A program made the translations under genes and the position numbers. Positions 38,690 to 52,000 of a stretch of 53,045 nucleotides of DNA are shown one piece after another. The notes beneath the pieces are model-generated. The model searched no databases, was not told the origin of the DNA, and saw nothing but the letters and a program-made list of their open reading frames with translations. Within the stretch, counting starts at the first letter, position 1; every line of letters starts with the position of its first letter. This DNA is from Catajapyx aquilonaris (lineage: Eukaryota), in assembly GCA_000934665.2 (NCBI GenBank), contig JYFJ02002789.1, positions 1 to 53,045 on the forward strand, written 5' to 3'.

Positions 38690-38727
38690 GCCAAAATAAG
38701 GCAAAAAATGAGGCAAAAGTACGAAAG

Positions 38728-38763
<36 letters not shown>

Positions 38764-39045
38764 CGCACCAGGCAGCAGCATCGAAGTGACATCCGACGGT
38801 GAAGTGCAGAAGTAAGCGAGCCGCCACTCTGGAGGTGGCGCCCGGAACGGCGGAAATGGAAATTCCGTGGAACGGCCACGTTCTGTTTTTTGAGTTTTAC
38901 AAAGTCCCTCGGCACCGTTTCCAAATAAAACAAAAGTGGTGTGCAAATATAGAAAACACGGTCAAAATTTTGACACCACTCCCAAAGCTGTAGGCCGTAC
39001 GGTGCGGGAGGAGTTTACATGACAGTAGGGTATTAATAATATAGA
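38690..39045 (-). mobile_element. Non-autonomous Helitron-like element, copy 2, with an internal (GA)n tract
   Basis: Same 5' TC end and body as copy 1, and homology stops exactly at the TC terminus. Left boundary is uncertain. Confidence 0.68.
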
Positions 39046-39149
39046 TTACTGACATTATACCGCACTATTATGAGTAACTGCGAGCCAGTATTATTCCTAG
39101 AAGAATATTTTTTTAAAAATATTACTGAAAAGAATCAGGACAAAGGTAT

Positions 39150-39990
39150 ATCGGCAGATAAACGTAAACTTCTTCATTCAGGTTGCAGTGATATCTCCTT
39201 TCTGGCTGAGCCATATCTACACAGTAAAACACTGCGAAATAGACATTACTGCGTCTACAACGGTGCTTCAGGGAACCCTTGCTCCATCCATGTGCGTAAA
39301 GAAAACGAGTCAAAGGCTTGGGCTAGCAGGAGTGTACAAGTCGAACACGCGAATTTTGATATTCCCAAGACTCTCTCTCTCCGGTCCTCAAGCATGCAGA
39401 TAAAGCCATATCTGGCTCTTGCCATCCGCAAAGATGCTTTCGCTCCGCCATTTCCATACTTTCACCTCCTCTGTTTTGCTTCTGCTTATGAAAATACTTG
39501 GGTTGGGGGTAGAAAGGATGGAAAGCTGAAGGGCCTGCTGCACTCTTGCTCTTCTGGGTAGGGGGCATCCTGGGATCGATCATGGAAAATACACTAAAGC
39601 AGGCCGACTTATCGCAAGTGTGGAAACGGCTTTCTCTCTCTCTGACGATGGCAGGGTGGGGAAGGACTCAAAATGGGGGTGAAGGAGAAAAGGACGATAG
39701 CGCCGATCCTCCCAGTTTCTAGAATGGAGACAACTTGAGCCTCCCTGTTATAATTCCTTGATTAAAGGCACTCTTCTTTCGACTGGATGGTCCAACATGG
39801 AGGGAGAAGGAGACTAAATAGAAGCAGAACAAGGGAAGCGTTGGCACGCTTGGATGATTAATGTCCTAGACACTCGCGCAATAAACCTTCCACAGCAAGG
39901 CTCCATTGCAGACTATCCTAAATCCTTGCTTTGGAAACCAATAAATGAGTGATTGTCTCATCATGGGTCGAAATTTACGTCCTCTCTCAC
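39150..39990 (+). pseudogene. Possible heavily decayed non-LTR retrotransposon AP-endonuclease relic
   Basis: Collinear weak motifs: DISFLAEPY (cf. DI...QEPY), SIHVRK, FASAY, DGPTW (~39785) and W..INE*LSHH..KF (~39932-39980; cf. W...E...SDH). Motif recall only. Confidence 0.35.
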
Positions 39991-40222
39991 TAGTTTGCAG
40001 ATTGCTAGACTGTACACTGCATTTGCCGTCCTAACACTGTGCAAGCTCTGGGATTAGCGGAATCTCTAGAAGCATACAGGGTCAGAATAGGATATGCCCT
40101 TGAATTATAAATAAGAAGGAATTACATATCCAGAGTGTGTGCCTTGAAAAATGTATGGATGACTAGCTGAAAGTTTTCATATTATTATCAAGAGGCTCTT
40201 AGAGGTTAACGTTCCGTTCCTA

Positions 40223-40420
40223 TTTTTATACCTTTTCTAATAGAAAAAAGTCTTATAGAACGGCTCTGTCTGCCTGTCTGTCTGTGGACATGTATCAAAC
40301 CCTAAACCGCGAGAGATAGAGGCAAACGGTTTTCTGATTCCGATTGCCTAAATATAGGCTTCATGTCCACTTCCGGTTACCTGTCACTTCCGGTTTTCCG
40401 GGTTCACTCTATCAACACAA
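40223..40420 (+). mobile_element. Helentron/DINE-1-like (HINE) 5' end
   Basis: TTTTTATACC, then the internal IR TTTTCTA-A-TAGAAAA and a (CTGT)n tract, which is the DINE-1/HINE layout. Right boundary not determined. Confidence 0.5.
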
Positions 40421-42390
40421 GTCTACTTTACCGGTTATCATTGGGTCTCGAAATTCGAGTCCCTGGATTTCTGACCGAGTGTGTCGGGGATTCGTAGGGC
40501 TGGTAGGGGTTTACGCGTTTACCTGGCGCTCTGGCACATGGGTTTGGACATGTTTGCGATGCGCGTCCTGGACCGCCATGATGTTATCGCCCAGGACGAT
40601 ACGGGAATCGATACTTTGCCTAGGTTACGATATCTGGGTATCGATATATCGATTCACACGCTTGAAATAATGAGGAAAAATCTCATCGAATCACGCTCGC
40701 GTGATTTGCCGATCCTGTTATTATTTTATATACAATGGGACACTATTGTTTCTGACTGAATGTTGTGCAATGATAATAGTGTTTTTAAATGGGTTATATT
40801 ATAAAATACATATTATAATTATTGTAAAAAGCAGGTCTCTTTACTTACTAATTTTAAAATAAACCAGTATTCAGCTCAAATTATAACACATCCGCAGAAT
40901 ATGCCTGCAATGAACCGCTGTCCAAGTTAACATGACCAACAATGGTGCGGGAAAGCTGAGATGAATTACTCGATAGCCTACAGTCTGGTAGATCCAGATT
41001 GTGCACACATACTAGTTCAGGCATGCACAACTAATCCATTGTGCATAGCCCATTTTATTGTTGGCAGTGTTCCACTTCGTACATTGTAACACACTCTGAG
41101 TAATAATTTAAGTTAGGTGTCTTTTATGCACCTCGCGTTGCTATGCTATCCATAATACTGCTTTCCACAAAAACCCAATAACAGGTCGAGGTTAGAAGGG
41201 CTGGAAACCAAATTATTACACTTTAAATAACTGAACCTGTCCCACCACAGCAGCAATGGACTCTAGCCTCGTTTGAATTTCAATAGTTCCTTCTGTGGTA
41301 CAGGCGAACGTTCATGGCTATTTTTTTCTGGTGGTTGAAGAGGGTGAATGCGTCCACAAATAGGGGCATGGTTTTCGTTTGCTGAGTCGTGTCCAATCTT
41401 TCCCCTCGGAAGCAAGGAGAAAAGAGAGAAGTAATGAAAAAAAAGGGCCAAGAGAGAAGTGTCGCGAAGGGAAGGAAGGCATTGATTTTCGTTGAAGCCT
41501 CACTTTCCATCCTGAGCGCGTTTCTCATTCATCGTCTCTTGTTTGTCATCCGGATGGTTGGATATGTCGGGAGGCCCATTTCAGCAGAAACTGGCTCAGG
41601 GAGAGAATCCTTCATTACTGACACCTGCGCCTGTTCCCAACCCTCTTCCGATCCGGCTGTCCCCCCAAAACCGCCATTTCTGGTATCACTAGTCCTCTAT
41701 CCAGTTCTCTATGACGATAAAAGTATTAAAAAAATAAATCCTAGGCGGAACTTGGGGACTCATTTGCAACATTACGACTTCAGATTTGCAAAAGTCAGCC
41801 GCCCTTCAAACGATTAAATGAAAATCTATATATACACACTCCTCTTCTGAATGTCAAATATTATTTCCTCTCCACGTGGTCCCATAACATTTTTAATACT
41901 GTGGTTTTGGTAAGCTTATGTTCTCTACTGCTTACATATTTTGTTATAGTGTTGTAAATTCATGGTGCACTGAACTACAAGCACAATATACATGCAAGCA
42001 ATGTTCATATTAAACGCACGCGAAATTGATCCTTTCCGTGAAGCAGGTATAGGTCTGTGGTACCTGAGTATATAACTTTTGTGCGTGGTAGAGTTTACAT
42101 ACTCGACCACAATAGCTGCAGGAAAGTTTATAATTTTTATTAGGGCGAAATTTTGCGGCATAATCAGTAACCTACCTAATCACGTGAGGTGTGCTAAATA
42201 TCAAGGGAGAATAATTTATAACTTTGAACAAGCTCGGTGCTGAGCATGTGCTCCAATTGAGACAGATGTGGGAGAGCATGGCTGTTGATTAATTGATAAT
42301 CTGCTATGTACAGTGTGGAACAAAAGTACTTTCAAAAAGCGAGAGGTTGACTATTCAATGCCTTCCTTTTTAATGTTGTTATGCGGTATT

Positions 42391-42476
42391 TAAAAAACAC
42401 TGTATACATTTTCAAAAGTCTGCATTGACCTTACATGGTCAATGCAGACTTTTGAAAATGTATACAGTGTTTTTTA
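42391..42476. repeat. Perfect 40-bp inverted repeat with a 6-nt loop
   Basis: TAAAAAACACTGTATACATTTTCAAAAGTCTGCATTGACC-TTACAT-exact reverse complement. Confidence 0.95.
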
Positions 42477-44409
42477 CCGGCTTTTCAACATAAAGCTTGC
42501 AAAAAATATCGCTTGATCACACACATCATATCAACCAACATTTCCCGCAAATGTGTGGATATTATTTTAGAATAATATATATTTTTTTAAACTGATCCCA
42601 CAAAAATAAAGTAAGAGTCCACAAAGAGGTATAAAAATATTCCAACTGCTTAGTAACATGCCCGCTTCTCTCGGGATAACTATTGACTGGCCACCTCTAC
42701 CGGGAATTTCCCGCAACATCCAGCCTTCATGCATCTTTTACTTTTCCACTCCAGCTGCTAGCTTTCCAGAATTTTTTTTGTGTGTCCATCCCCCGCCCCC
42801 AAACCCACCCTCTTCTCTCATCCTCCCGCAATAATCTCTTGGACCCCCNNNCCCCCCCCCCCCCCGGTACCAACCACTAGCTCTCAAATCACATAAATTA
42901 CTCCTTTTTCCACCATGTACAGTAGATTAATGGCCACCAATTTGTCGCTTTGTCGCAGTGCTGCCTTTGGAGCACCACAGCAGAGTAATGGCAAGAAAAA
43001 TTCATTAGACGTTGCAGTGAGCAGAGGGGGAAGGAGGGGAGAAAAAGAAGAAGAAGAAGAAAAAAAAACTTTTACTCCCTTCCCTTCCTCTGGGGAATAA
43101 TTAGATAAGCCCAGCCAGAGCGTGTCGCTACTGATAATCACAGCTAACACTGCCTGTATTGGAACTCCATAGACGTGCCTCCTATTCTGCTGATGTACCA
43201 GACACGTTCGCATAACCCATAATGGTTCAAAACTTTGGGATATTCCTGAGGTATCCGCAGCTGATGTCAACGCTCGAATTTTAATGGAGTATATGTAGTA
43301 GATAACTCATATTTTGGGAATGTGTATGTATTAGAGCCGATTTTGCACGAAAAAACTAGGCTATTCCTGCCAAAATTTTTATTTGAATGAAAATAGCATA
43401 AGTTGGGACTTGCACTGTTTTTGTTGAATGGCTGCAATGTTAAAGTTAAATATTTCATGAAATAATACTGTCGTAGAGTATATGATATAGGCCTATATGA
43501 CCTACCAAGAGCAGGTTAGTAAATTCTATAAGAATAGTTTTGAGATATACCCTCTACATTTTGAGATTGTGGATCAAAATTATTTCCAAAACAGCCAGGG
43601 ATGCAATAAACAGCATATTGACGGAGTTCTGTACTTCACGAACCCCGGCGTCCCGTATTTGTTGCATATTTAAATAATTTATTTGACTAGGGTGCTGTTC
43701 AACACTCCGCGAAATTAAATCCTAAATACATAGCTGAATTACCCCAAGGGATATATACAACATGAATATTTTTACACTCATTTATTACACAGGATCATTA
43801 ATTAACTTCGCCCATCCCATTGGAAAACTAAACCCTTTGTTGACTTCTTTTGTGTCTTCCAGAAAAGGTCACTTTAGGCTGTTGAATCAATTAATTAGGT
43901 TAATGTGCAATTGCTTTGGTCAATAGTTGTATAGTCACGGAATATACTGTATCGCAAGGTTGTTGCCTCAGAGTCAGGCCAGGTACTGGTATGTCAATAT
44001 TTATTTTCCATGTAGGCCCAGGACTAATTTCATATGGAATGGCTGGAGCACCCGAGTTTTTTTGTTCCGAGAGACTGACGCAGGATTGTTATTTTTCATT
44101 TTTAGCGTGAAAAATAGCAACTAACATTATGGAGGAAAATGCTAGCTGTGATGTTTGTGCACCGAAGGCTTCAATTTTCCGGCAGGTATTTCCCACGCTC
44201 TACAGCTATACTGTATAGTACCGTTACTTCAATACAAATCCCCAACTGACTCCAAGTTGCTTTCAACTTTCTTGCGAACACCGGCTTGGGCAAAATAAAG
44301 GCACATGACAACAAAATGGCCTGTGATAACTTGCATCATAGCTTCAGTCAACTGAAAGGGTGCAATTTAGTTATGGACCTGTCTTCATAAGATTTTTATA
44401 AGATACTTA

Positions 44410-44760
44410 CAAGAGAACAACCAAGGTCGGTCGCCTCCGATTTGCTTGAAACTCGCTTGAGGGGTCATTCATGTGCAATAGACACAGTGGTGAAAATACT
44501 AGCTGTCACTATCCATCCGTTTCCGAGATATGAGCGACAGAAACATCAGAATTTTGGCCGCGCGTATAGCGTATAGGGGACCTTGCCGGGCCTTACGACA
44601 CCTGTACGCACATCCAAAATTCGGATATTTTTGTGCTCATCTCTCGAAAACGGCTGGACGGTGGCATCTAGGATTTTCACCACTGTGTCTATCGCACACA
44701 AGTGACCCCTCAAGCGAGTTTCAACCAAATCGGCGGCGACCGACCTTAGTCGTTCCCTTG
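44410..44760. mobile_element. Fold-back MITE, 351 bp, ~155-bp diverged TIRs, TTA TSD (PIF/Harbinger-like)
   Basis: TTA|CAAGAGAACAACCAAGGTCGGTCGCC...GGCGACCGACCTTAGTCGTTCCCTTG|TTA. Confidence 0.85.
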
Positions 44761-45810
44761 TTAGTTTGGCAGCGACAACCTTGTGATCACGGTGTTGAAA
44801 CAATTACACTGGCAATGATGTTGAAGTTGATCCACACAAAGTTTAATAACATGACATCAGTAGAACTACGATTACAGTTTGAATGTTATCTTTTTAAGTA
44901 GCTAGGCTACACACAGTTATGGCATCGGTGCCTCAAATAAAAAACTAGCAAACTACACCGTGTGTTCAGGAAACGAGCTCATATTCGTACTGGTGGGAAT
45001 ATCGCGTCTCATATCGGTTCTCAGGCCCGGTACGTTGGCTCTGCAAAATGTTGATAGAAAAATATGATACCAGTGTGATACTACGGGTATACGACACTAT
45101 TCTGAATCGAAAATGCCTCTGGCATTTTGTCGAAAAAGTTACGGTTGAGGCACTAGCTCCCTCCAAAACTTGGGCAAAAACTTCTAAATATTGATTTTGA
45201 TCAGAAATGATTTTCCCAGCAGACGCAATGACCCCAGTTATAAGGACTGACAAATGCCCGAGAAATCTAGTAGTTTGGCACATGATTACATGGTATAGAA
45301 TGACTTATTTGTAGGAATAATATATTTAGATCAGAATGTTAAGTGCAATGGTGTCCTGTGGTATCATTCTGGTACCATTTTCCAAACACCTTGGATAGAA
45401 AGACCGGAAAGTCAGAATGCTCATAATCATATTGGACTGATTTCTAGGCAGTTTGAAGTATGAATATGACATTATAACGTATGAAATGATTGTGTTCTTT
45501 AATTTCTCTAGGGGCCTGTACTTTCTCTATCAAAAATTTGACTCAACCACCGGAAAGTATTATTGGAGGACTACAATAAACAATGTATAACTCCATTTTG
45601 ATCAAATTGTGACTCTGTTCGTACTGCATTTCAATTCTTCACGTGTAACGAACATCGTAATTTCAACATACTCCAGCGTAAAATAACATTATATCATCGG
45701 AGCTCCTGACACATACCAGTAGGCCTACTGTACTTCAAGTTCATTCAGAATAACTTCTCCGACCACATCACACCAGTCCTGCAAATCAACCTACAGTCCT
45801 AAATGAGATT

Positions 45811-46065
45811 GCCGGAGCTGGTGGTCTGGTGGTTAGCGCTCTCGCCTCTAGTCCCAAAGCTGTGGGTTCGAACCCAGCCGAGGTCGGTGACTTTTCTCCG
45901 GGTGGTAGAAAGTGAGAGTGCGCCTTACTTCGGAGGGGAAGTACGTCGGTCCCGTGTGCTTGTGACATTGCGCGAGTGCACGTTAAAGATCCCCAGAGTG
46001 GCCACATGGCGTCGGTGTTGAGCCTAGTGGCAGAAATAGGCCGACGTTAAGCGCCCACTATTAAA
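45811..46065 (+). mobile_element. Full-length tRNA-derived SINE, family 2 (Deu/Nin-domain-like)
   Basis: A-box TGGTCTGGTGG and B-box GGTTCGAACCC. Central TTCGGAGGGGAAGTA..GTCGGTCCCGTGT...CACGTTAAAGATCCC. Probable TSD AGTCCTAAATRAGA at 45795-45808 and 46066-46079. Confidence 0.85.
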
Positions 46066-49000
46066 AGTCCTAAATAAGAGAACGATCTGACGTCACAGTG
46101 TTTTCTTTCTGAGCATGCGCAGTAGTATGCTTGCAGAGAGATTAGGGGACATGATTGTAGCTGCTGAACGTGACGTCATGTCGTTCTTTGGTTTAACACA
46201 CTTTACAATCTTTCTCCCATATCCACAGAGGACAAACTACAAGCTAAAACTGGCCAATCAAGCAACCTCACTGCTAAATATGACGTCAAAACGAATCGAG
46301 CACGTCCCACGAACGACAATGCCGGAAAGAATAGACCTGGCAAGTTCCTCCTCTCCTCTTTTTGAAACTGAAGGAGTGAGGGGCGTGGTGGCAGTCGACA
46401 CTAAAGACTTAATTAGAGGGACCGCATGGGTGTCCGGAAGCCCCCCCCTTCATTCATCAAAGGTAGGGGGTTGGGGGGGGGGGAGCAGGGCTGGACTACC
46501 CCCATCCTCCCCCTGCTCCTCCACCCTCAAGCTTTTCCTTTAGCACCGGATTCAATTAGGAAAGAAGCGGGCCCCCGTAATTAGGAGCACGAAATGCACC
46601 TGCTTCCTATCCAGGAGTCTGGACCTAGAACGGAGGGTTTCTGAGGGCGGGTAAGTGGGAAGTGGGGGGGGGGGAGGGTAAGCAGGAGTGGGGTAAGTAG
46701 GAACAGGAGGGGGGTAGTTCACCTGGCCCTATATCTCAAGTTCTCCTTTCTAGAAGCTCTCTCTCTCTCCTCCCTCTACATGACTTTGCCCGGCGCCAAT
46801 TCCACCTCCAGTTCCTCATCCGGGATTACCCTTAATTACACTCCACAAGGGGCCACAGGGGACCCGACAATTACACAATCCGGCCCTTCTTGTGAGCCTA
46901 GGGGGGATTCCCTGGCACAATGCGCTTCGTGTCCACAGGGGGTGGAGGAGGGTGGAAGGAGAGGGAGGAAGGGGGGGGGATTTCTAACAAGGACGCGTCT
47001 ATTTAGAGATGATGGCTATCAATATGTAGCTAAACTATTCAAGAGAGATTGACTGTGGTGTTTTTTTTTAAGAAAAAGGGGGACGGAAAGTTCAAATTGC
47101 AGTATGGTAGCAGAGAGTTGACCAATGTTGCTTAGGTGCACCCTGTACAACCCCATTGTAATTTTTTTACCTCTGGTTTATTTGTGTTAATCACACATGA
47201 ATGATCCCTGGTTTTATGGGCTTGTTGTTGGTTGGAATTGCCATATCATTGACTTTATCGACTCGAATCATTACTAGGGCGTGGAAATACAACAGGCGGG
47301 TACAACATATTTTTTTTCAGTGGCCAAGTCAGCACATCTGCGCCCCGGTATTTCATGGCGCTAGTTAATGATGACTTTAATATTGAATGAAAATACGCCG
47401 TGATTTATAGCCTGGCTAACCACTTACAAACACTGGCGCAAACTACATGGGCTGATTCCGGCTTAGGGCATTGCCAGAACAGATGCAGGCTGCTGACATG
47501 TCTGTGTACCTTTGGTGAGCAAACAGTTGGCTGATAGCAAAGGATTAACAGTCATTAACCTCCGCAAGGTGGTGATACTGAAACAGCGACCGATATGTAT
47601 ATTGGTTGTTATTCAGCTATTACCTACCGCTTTCGAAAGTAAATAAACGTTAATCCGTGGCTATATCCAACGGTGATGGAAACCGTGACGTGCACAGGTA
47701 GCACCCACAGGGTTTTTATCCAAACCTAAAGCATAATGGCAGTCTCCATTTTTTTGTAGAATAGTGGTTAACTAGTTGGAAAAATATTTAAAAAGGTAAG
47801 CTTCCTATTCTGTGTAATTTTTTGCAGTGTAATTAATAGGCTTTAAATGGTAATCGCGGTCTCAATGCAACGCTTTTAGGCATATATGCGCTTTAGTGTG
47901 GGTATGCTCACAACAGTTAGAAAGCACACTTCATTTGCACCACAATGCCGTGCTCAGCGCGTGAAACATTGGATTACTGTGTGTGACGCCATATGTAGAA
48001 TAAAAGACAGTCAAGCACCATTCAGTTCTCATATGCTCCCCTATGCACAGTTGCTTTCGAAAATATTGTCTCTGATTTCCCGTGAACCTATCAGATTTGA
48101 TCCAGACTGTTTTAGCGTGTTATTGAAAAATTCCTAAATTCCAGATATTGCTTGGCCCTCCAGGAGCTGAGGAGTATGTTGGAATACATTATGAAGTCGA
48201 GGCCGGCCTATACTGCATGATTAATGATAGCAAATTACACAAGCTGGGTGCAAAAAATAGCGTAACCCACAAATTATTGTCTCGACATAAATGGAAATAA
48301 CTTATCAGACATTACAGAAAAGCTCGAATATTCATGCCTGTTTCTTGATATGCATTTGTATTTTTAAAACGGACATTAATATTCCAGTGTTTATCTATAC
48401 TATTAAAATCTTTCGTTGGACCGAGGCCTCTGATTGGCCTACCATATTGTTTGCGCGAAGCTTCCGATTAGCCCCCGTTCTGCGCCTGCGCAATGGGGGA
48501 GGCAGCGCCTCTAGTGGATGGAACTATAGTATATACTTAATGAGAAGTTCATCTCATTCATCTGAAGACAACAACCCTTTCTCCTTTCAGCGTCTGAATT
48601 TTCAAAAAAATGACAGTACCAAAAATGAGCAACGATGCCCGAAAATGTCTTGAGCATCCCTGAAGAGGTAGGATCGGTGGCCTTCAGGAAAAGGAAAGCC
48701 GTAGAGGGCCATTTGATCCTCTTACGAGGCGTGGTAAAATAAATTCAGTCCATGAAAGACAAACGGCTAGCCCCAGCGAACAATCTCCATTTTTTGCCTG
48801 TCGATATAAAAAAACGCGCCTTCTTGAGCAGACAATTTTCCCTAAATCGTTAGCGACGGTGCTTTATGTTCCGTGGTAAAGACCTCGTTTTCATTAGGCA
48901 ACAATGAAAGCATTGGTAGACCTCAAAATCAGTTCTTAAATCTTGCACACCACCATAAAATGCAAAATAAGAGTTCGATTTTTCCAGCCAATGAATGTAA

Positions 49001-52000
49001 TGACCAGGTTCTGGTCCCAGGTTTTTTTCCCCCCCTCTACCACTGATTTCTTTTTTCAACCATTTTAGATATGGCAGAGAGAAGTGTCACGTCGGACGTG
49101 GAGCAGTGTCGGCGCCATCTGGACCCTAGAATTAAGCTCCTGAACCGCCTTTGCTCGTGGCCCCCAAGTTGGCGGCACAGCATGGCATCAGTGTGATTAG
49201 TCAACTGGATGTCATATTTGAACCGCGCGTTTGCTTCCCAAGTGGCGTCACAGAGTGTGGAAGGTGACGGGGGTTCAAATTGAGGATAAATCTTGCGAGT
49301 TAGCTATCATGAGTGGCAAAAATAGAAGTGAAGTTGTGAGAAAAAGCAGACTGTGGGAGTTAGAAATCCAAAGGGCTCTGGCAAAGTTGCTGGAGAGATA
49401 GAAAGTACAGTAGTTTAGAAAATCAGGAGGTTCTCTCACAGAACTTTTACAATTTGTGTGAGAAATCCTCCAATTTGCTAGTAGTATTGTTAGAGGTGGC
49501 GCTAACTTTTCTTATAATAATTTTCTACTATTGTAACGCTCCCGACTGCATGTTCACCACGAGAGCAACATGGGCCTACAGCCTACACACATATTTGTGT
49601 TCAATTCGGCCATACACAAATGCACTAGAATTCCCACATAACTAGGATAGTTGCAACAGAATAAATAACAGAGCGCGTGCGCATTAAATGGAATTAGCTG
49701 ACATGGCAAGAAGGGCGCGTCTATCTTTGTGCGCTCTCTAGCCTGCTGACCATTAGGCAGAGCTAAATGTGCCATGCAACTTGATCTCATTAAGGTTTGA
49801 GCCATCCTGATACGTGAGGCCCAACCGTTCATCTACCTGGGGGTCCGAAACATGCGCTCCAAGCGGCCGAAAGTTATATCTTAGCAAAGGGGGATCCACC
49901 TTAGTGACAGCTATAAGTAGAGTAATAAATCCACAGTCGATGGTCAATTTTGAGCGTTATTTATCGTCTGAACCCAAGTGGGCCTGAGAATTCTGGCTGG
50001 GGCCTGTCCTCGACATTTGACCACATCTGTTTGCGTCCATTCCAGTTGGGAATTTTTCCACGTGGATCGCATTTAGCGCGGTCATTTGGACAGCTGCGTG
50101 ACATAGAGAATTTCTTCGTTTTCTGCCAACAATTTTCTAGGTTCCTACAAGGCTGGCTGGCTACGAGTGGAGGGACATATTATGCTATCGTATTTCATAG
50201 CGAATGAAATGATGACAGGGCAGCCTAAAGAATTGTGAGCACGAGATGTGGGAGGCCATTTAGGATCCTTTTTTTTTCGATTCTGTTTCAGGCGACTCAT
50301 CTCTAGAATACATGGATACACGCATGGTATTCAAATCACACCTAGTCTAGCAGTAAGAAAAACAAAGGGGCCCCAACATGCAATTTTCAGAAAGGAAATA
50401 TTTGTTAACCTGATGTTATTACGGGTAATGAAGTGCGGTGTACGGCATGCTAATATTCAATAACACACAAAATGGTTGCATGCATCAGCGGAAAATCCAC
50501 GCATACCATTTTTGACAGCGGCTGAGTAACCACTCGCCATTATAGATACAGCTTGTTTAGCTGAAAATATCCGGAACGCTTTTTTAATGGATAGGGATGA
50601 CACATTTATATTGTCCGTGCATAATAGCATTAGGCTAGTTACCGGAACTCATCATATGATGACATTTTGTGCACAGGGGAACCCACAGCAGCCACATGCA
50701 AAAATGGGGGGGGGGACCCTTTAGATGTAATGAGGCTCTGAACTTCCTGGGGTCACTGGAAATCCTCGGTCCCTATGGTCTTATGTATAGACTTACGGCG
50801 ATTAAATGTCTCATGGCCATATGCACCGCGGAAACTTCGTCCCTAGTGCCATTATAACTGAGTTAAGTTTAGCCAGCGGGATAGAAATCGAACCTGCACT
50901 GTTCTGCGCAGCTTCTCTTCCTTCACCTACTCATTTATCAGATTTTCCATGCTTGTTTTTGCGCGTCAGTGTGACTGTCCGCAAGAGTTACACTGCCATA
51001 AATATTCATCATTTCACTTTTCATAATATTGTAACAAATCATAAAGATTGCCATGCGGAAGATAAATTGCATATTTATTTTTGTTCTAGTCAAGAACAGT
51101 GTTGTGTTAGTTGTTGGTGATTTATTTTCTACTCTATTTTTTATTGCGAGAGCTAGGTTTTCATCGAACTTTGAAGCCCGACTTCGTGACCTATATAATA
51201 TAATCCAGTACACATTGGCAAATATCCTACAACCTGTTAATACTGTACACCATGCATGTGACTAACTTCATACAGGTGTACTCTGCAGTACCTTAATTTA
51301 ATTGACCCAGATATGTACATACCAAACCTCTGTCGCCAGACCTTTTAAAAATGACACCCAGCACTTTTCAACGAGTCTTGCTGTAGCATGACTGAAATAT
51401 TCCTAAAGCGAACTGCCAGTGCATATAGCTTCAACTCGAAATACTCATCCACAAAGACACCCCCCCTCTCCCCCACTATATTATTCTAGATAGAGTCACA
51501 GTTAGTATTTACGACATGGCGACGCAGCTACCATTGAAAATCCAATTTACATCAAACGTAACTTTAAACCGCCCTACAAGAGAATACATTGTTTCAGGAG
51601 TGTAATTTAATTTAGAGGCTTCGGGCACCGATTTCTGCAATGTCCTATGTATAAAAGGGGGCACTAATGGAAGCGACAGTAATTGCAGGCAGTACATGAG
51701 TATCCATGATGCATCCGAGATGAGAGCAAACACGCCTACACCACACTAACGGTAGAAAGTAATGGCCTACTGACAAATTGATGTCACTTGTGACAGCTCC
51801 GTAGCCAGCACCGCTGAATAATTCGCGCCCGTAATATCCCCCTGCAATCACGGAAGTTTCGCGTGGATATCTCTGCACGTGTCCCTACTCCCTACTAAAA
51901 TGTAATGAGCACACAAGAAGAATTCCGATGCGCCAGTGTCGCCAAATTATATGGGACCAACCAGAATTTTGTCCGGACTGGGGAGGAAAATTTGGTTTCC

